Notes under the pieces: generated by a model
Told to the model about the DNA's origin: nothing
The model's input: only the letters and a program-made list of their open reading frames with translations
Databases searched by the model: none
In this document: in pieces, positions 60,501 to 64,000 of the stretch
Layout: each line of letters starts with the position of its first letter
Position numbering within the stretch: the stretch's first letter is position 1
Program-made: the position numbers and the translations under genes
Assembly: GCF_002571385.2 (NCBI RefSeq)
Contig: NW_019218214.1
Location: forward strand, 159,203-223,202
DNA: 64,000 nucleotides
Source of the DNA: Stylophora pistillata
Taxonomy: Eukaryota
Reading direction: 5' to 3'

Positions 60501-62273
60501 CTAATCTCAGCTCACATTCTGTTTGTAATCGTTTCTATGGGGGAAAAAAAAACTTACCAGATGAATTACAGCCATGTTCGTCTGAGCCATCCACACATTC
60601 TCGCCTTCCATCACATCTGTACAAACCACGGATACATCGTCCACTCTCCACACAGCGAAACTGGGATGGATCACATGAGGCCTTGTCTGTTCAGATATGA
60701 CAACAAGAAGGTATCAGTAGCGCTCAAATTGAAAAGATAGTGCTACTGGTCTCTATTTATCGTTTGAGAGGAGGGGGGAGGCGAAGAAATGTTTTGGGGG
60801 TCACATGGTTTTCAGGGGTAACGAAGGGGGTTAAGTCGTCATCAACACAGTATAAAAGGGGGGGCCTATAGAAAATTGACTGCTAATTAATTGCCAATGA
60901 AGGGGGAAGGTTACAAGAATATAAGAGAGCCTTATGTGGGGATCCGGTAAATTTTATCGTGGTATAGTCAAAATCTTTCGACTCCTTTCCCCCTCCCACA
61001 CACCTCAGGTGATATGTAATGATCAGTCCCTTATCAAAATAAAAGACTCCAACAGAACGTTTTTCAAAATTATCCCTAAGTCGAGGAAGCATTTGACAGC
61101 AACTTACGGCAATTGCGTTCGTCACTCCGATCGCCACAATCGTCTTCCATGTCGCAGAGGAAATCGTTAGACACGCATCGCAAACCATTGGCACAGCGGA
61201 ACTCCGTAGATTTACACTTGACTGCAAAATGGATAAAAGAAAACGTTGGTGGTCATTACCAAGTGACAAGCAAGGCGTGACAAAAAAAAAACAAACAAAC
61301 AAATAGACAAAACGGTTCACGATTTTAAGTAACAAGAGGTTTCACTCACGGGAACCACAATTCTGCTCATCACTGTTATCACCACAATCATTTTCCTTGT
61401 CGCATCTCAGTTCTGCTCCTATGCAGATTCCATTAGCGCATGTAAAGTCACTGGAGCTACAAGTGCGCGAAACAGAGGCTGAAAAGAAGATGACCGGCAA
61501 AATCAGTGGAACGATTCTAAGAAACCATGATGTCTTCTGTACAATTTACTACCAAGAGATTTTTTCATCTGAAGTAGAAAATAATATTTTAATTGAAACA
61601 GAACAAACTAAAGAGCAAAAATGTTGTGCTAGATAGCCAGAATGTCGTGGCGCTACGTAACCACACAAACAGTAGGTTACCCCCCTTATCGAAGTGGCTA
61701 TCCTTTCAAAATCACATTTTAAACTTAAGCCCACAACTTTGAAAGAGGGAGAGGGGCGGGGTGTGTATGTTCAAGCTACGCCTTACATGTTTTGTGGTTA
61801 TTTGTCACGCGAGATGGATACTTCGTCTCGTAAATGTCGTCAGATATTCTTCACCTTTTAAATCTACAATCGCGTACATTACAATCACATCGTACTGCTA
61901 CGTTCTCAACTAGGAAAATTTATAAAACCGTTACTATTTTTAGGGTTCTGACCAAGCAGTTCAGAGGGTTCCATTGCCAGTTCGCGTGATCAGAACAAGG
62001 GAATGATCTAATGATCGGAGTGACGTAACGATTGATCACTGAGGGGGAACTGCCACGTCATCTGATATGGAATGAATTTCTCCCAAACGAATACAAACAG
62101 ATGTATGTAACGTGTTAGGAGAATCTGAAAATACTTACGACAACGAGGTCCACTATCAGTAGCTTCATCACTTCCATCTTTGCAGTCGTTAGCGCCGTCA
62201 CAAACCCAACTAGTGGGTATACAAGTACCGTTTGTACATGTGAACTCGGTTTTTGGGTCGCACAAGCGAAGAC
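54560..62273 (-). CDS. LDL-receptor family protein (LDLR/VLDLR/LRP8-like); 5' exon(s) not identified
   Basis: Phase-consistent exons. LDLa x7: 62139-62273, 61350-61478, 61108-61221, 60558-60686, 60302-60442, 60076-60192, 57865-57987. S/T linker: 58298-58399. EGF: 57610-57732, 57181-57309. YWTD propeller: 56567-56960, 55918-56309. EGF: 55479-55610. O-glycan region + TM: 55056-55287. Cytoplasmic tail: 54560-54776. Confidence 0.93.
58680..58830. repeat. degenerate (AATGT)n pentamer repeat
   Basis: AATGT/GATGT/CATGT units. Confidence 0.8.
59345..59699. repeat. ~177-bp tandem duplication in LDLR intron
   Basis: ATGAAAA.GCGATAGTTTATTTGACAAGGATT...GCGCAGCTTAACTT occurs twice (59345-59520, 59522-59699). 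Confidence 0.85.
59820..59999 (-). mobile_element. PLE-type palindromic insertion with minimal hammerhead (family D)
   Basis: Arms 59844-59907 / 59934-59999; TTGAAGA-T-GGCAT-AAGC-ATGCC-GAAACATGTC; 13-bp TSD ATTTCTCAAGTAA at 59807-59819 and 59996-60008. Confidence 0.8.
60745..61032. mobile_element. G-rich MITE (PIF/Harbinger-like) in LDLR intron
   Basis: Degenerate TIR ACTGGTCTCTATTTATC / GATATGTAATGATCAGTCCCT followed by TA. Confidence 0.5.
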
Positions 62274-64000
62274 CTGTGAAGAAAACTCGATATCTTACTG
62301 ATCGAATTACGTAACACAGAGAAACAAAAAATTAAGGACACGTAGATTATCTACAAATTACGTGATCCGTTGGTCTTATCAGCATCAAAATCTAAAACTG
62401 ACGTCAACTTTCTACCCGCTAATTATCTCCCTGAACAGGCACGCACGTCACTGGTTCAACGGCTACCTTAACGGATGAACTAGACCGTACAGTACTCGAC
62501 ACACCAGTCTTGACGCGCGCGACGAGGCGTGAGTCACGCACGTTACGATAGCACACGCAGGAAGAGTGGCGTGTTTAAAATGCATTTTAGAAATACCGCT
62601 AAGCTCATGGAAAATACTTCAAATCATAAGCTTGAAAGGGTGGAAGGGTCAATTGACTGTGGGTGTTTTATACATCCAATTAAAGATGAACAGATAGACT
62701 GCTAAAAATGGATAACCGTTTACAATTGAGCTGAAACAGAACGCTGAAAGTTCAAGAAATGGGCAGTATCAAGGAGACAGAGTTAAAAAGACCAAGTCAG
62801 TTCCGTTCTGATGATTGTCCACTTTGTACAAAAACTTGAGTTGGAGGGGGAGGGGTTACTCTACAAATCAAATTTAAAATTCTCGAGATGAAAAACAACA
62901 CCATCCTTTCCTTTCAACAGTCAAAGACATGATTTCAAGAATTCACTTCCAGGGGAGACACTTATCACCTGAAACGTATGTTGTGTCTCAATTACATTTA
63001 AGCTTTGTTTTTTCCTGTGGGCCCGTTAGTGTGGGGGATGCAAGGGTAACGAGTGCAACATGTTGAGGATAAAACTGTTTATAAGCAGTGCTTACCATAG
63101 GAAAAAAAAAGTCAACTTTGAAGAACAAACCAAAAGAGAGCTGCAGTTCATTTACTTTCAGTTGCGCTATCAAATAACTACAATAGCTGTTTTTTTTTTT
63201 CCAAATTACCTATTGAGAGAATAAGTGAATTTATTCACTGTTATAAGGATGAGGTTAAAAACAGTATTTTTTTCTCCAAAAGCAAAATGCACGAAACGGA
63301 AATATGAAGGAAATACCTAACAGTATTATATAAATCACCCAAGTAAATGACTTAAGTGCAGACGACCATCAAAACAGCCTGTAACATAAACTCTCAAGTA
63401 AAAGGGAATGTGGACTGGAGTGGCCATCACATTATTTTTAATATCAGAGCATGTTAGACTGTCAAGAACCTTTTCCGTTCTCTTGAACTGATTACCCTGG
63501 AGGAAACAATAAATTTTCCATAACATCATGACTGTCTCAATTTTACTTTAGATCGTTTTAGATTTAGAAATTAAATCACATTACCGCTGGATAGAGCTGC
63601 ACATTCTTCCCAACTTTGCTAATTAAAACATCCAAACAACTATTTCAAAATGAATGGAAGTTCCACAAGACATAGCTAAAGGGAAATATCAGAGCTCATA
63701 AAATCTAATCTAGACATTTTGGGTTTAAGCCCTTAAGGCTCAGGGCCATGTGTTGTGTTCCTAGATAAGACACTTGAATCCCACACTTCCCCTGTTTCCA
63801 CCCAAAAATATTAACTACAATCAGCAAACTGGTAGGGGAAGCAACAGAATGTTGGAAAGTTAGATGCATACCATTCAGAGGGAGTAAAAAAAATTACTCT
63901 TGTAGCTCACCATTGCAGAAATTGGGGGATGGGTACCCGCAGTTATAGGTTGAAATGTGCTCACAATAATTTTAATAATATACAATGGCAAGAAAAATTT

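Overview
Eukaryotic, intron-rich, AT-rich animal genomic DNA; gene and repeat content suggest a cnidarian, probably a stony coral (inference). Two assembly gaps (45517-46245, 49551-49690). Genes from left to right: (1) the 5' part of a Brahma/SMARCA2-4 chromatin remodeller (- strand, runs off the left edge); (2) head-to-head with it, a two-exon gene encoding only the N-terminal domain of a prolyl 4-hydroxylase alpha subunit; (3) about 15 kb with no recognisable CDS; (4) a run of intronless ORFs: clan-2 (CYP17-like) cytochrome P450, LicD/fukutin-family phosphotransferase, an unknown basic ORF, and an otopetrin proton channel; (5) about 8 kb of tetranucleotide-derived repeats including an 86-bp satellite; (6) an LDL-receptor-family gene (- strand, 5' end not found). 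The most notable signals are two recurrent mobile-element architectures, each shared by several sequence-unrelated families. The first is TSD-flanked palindromic insertions carrying outward-facing minimal hammerhead-ribozyme motifs, one of which still encodes a Penelope GIY-YIG endonuclease. The second is 'A-A'-B-B'' double-foldback elements whose internal junction approximates the reverse complement of their joined ends. All coordinates were read by eye and may be off by a few nt.
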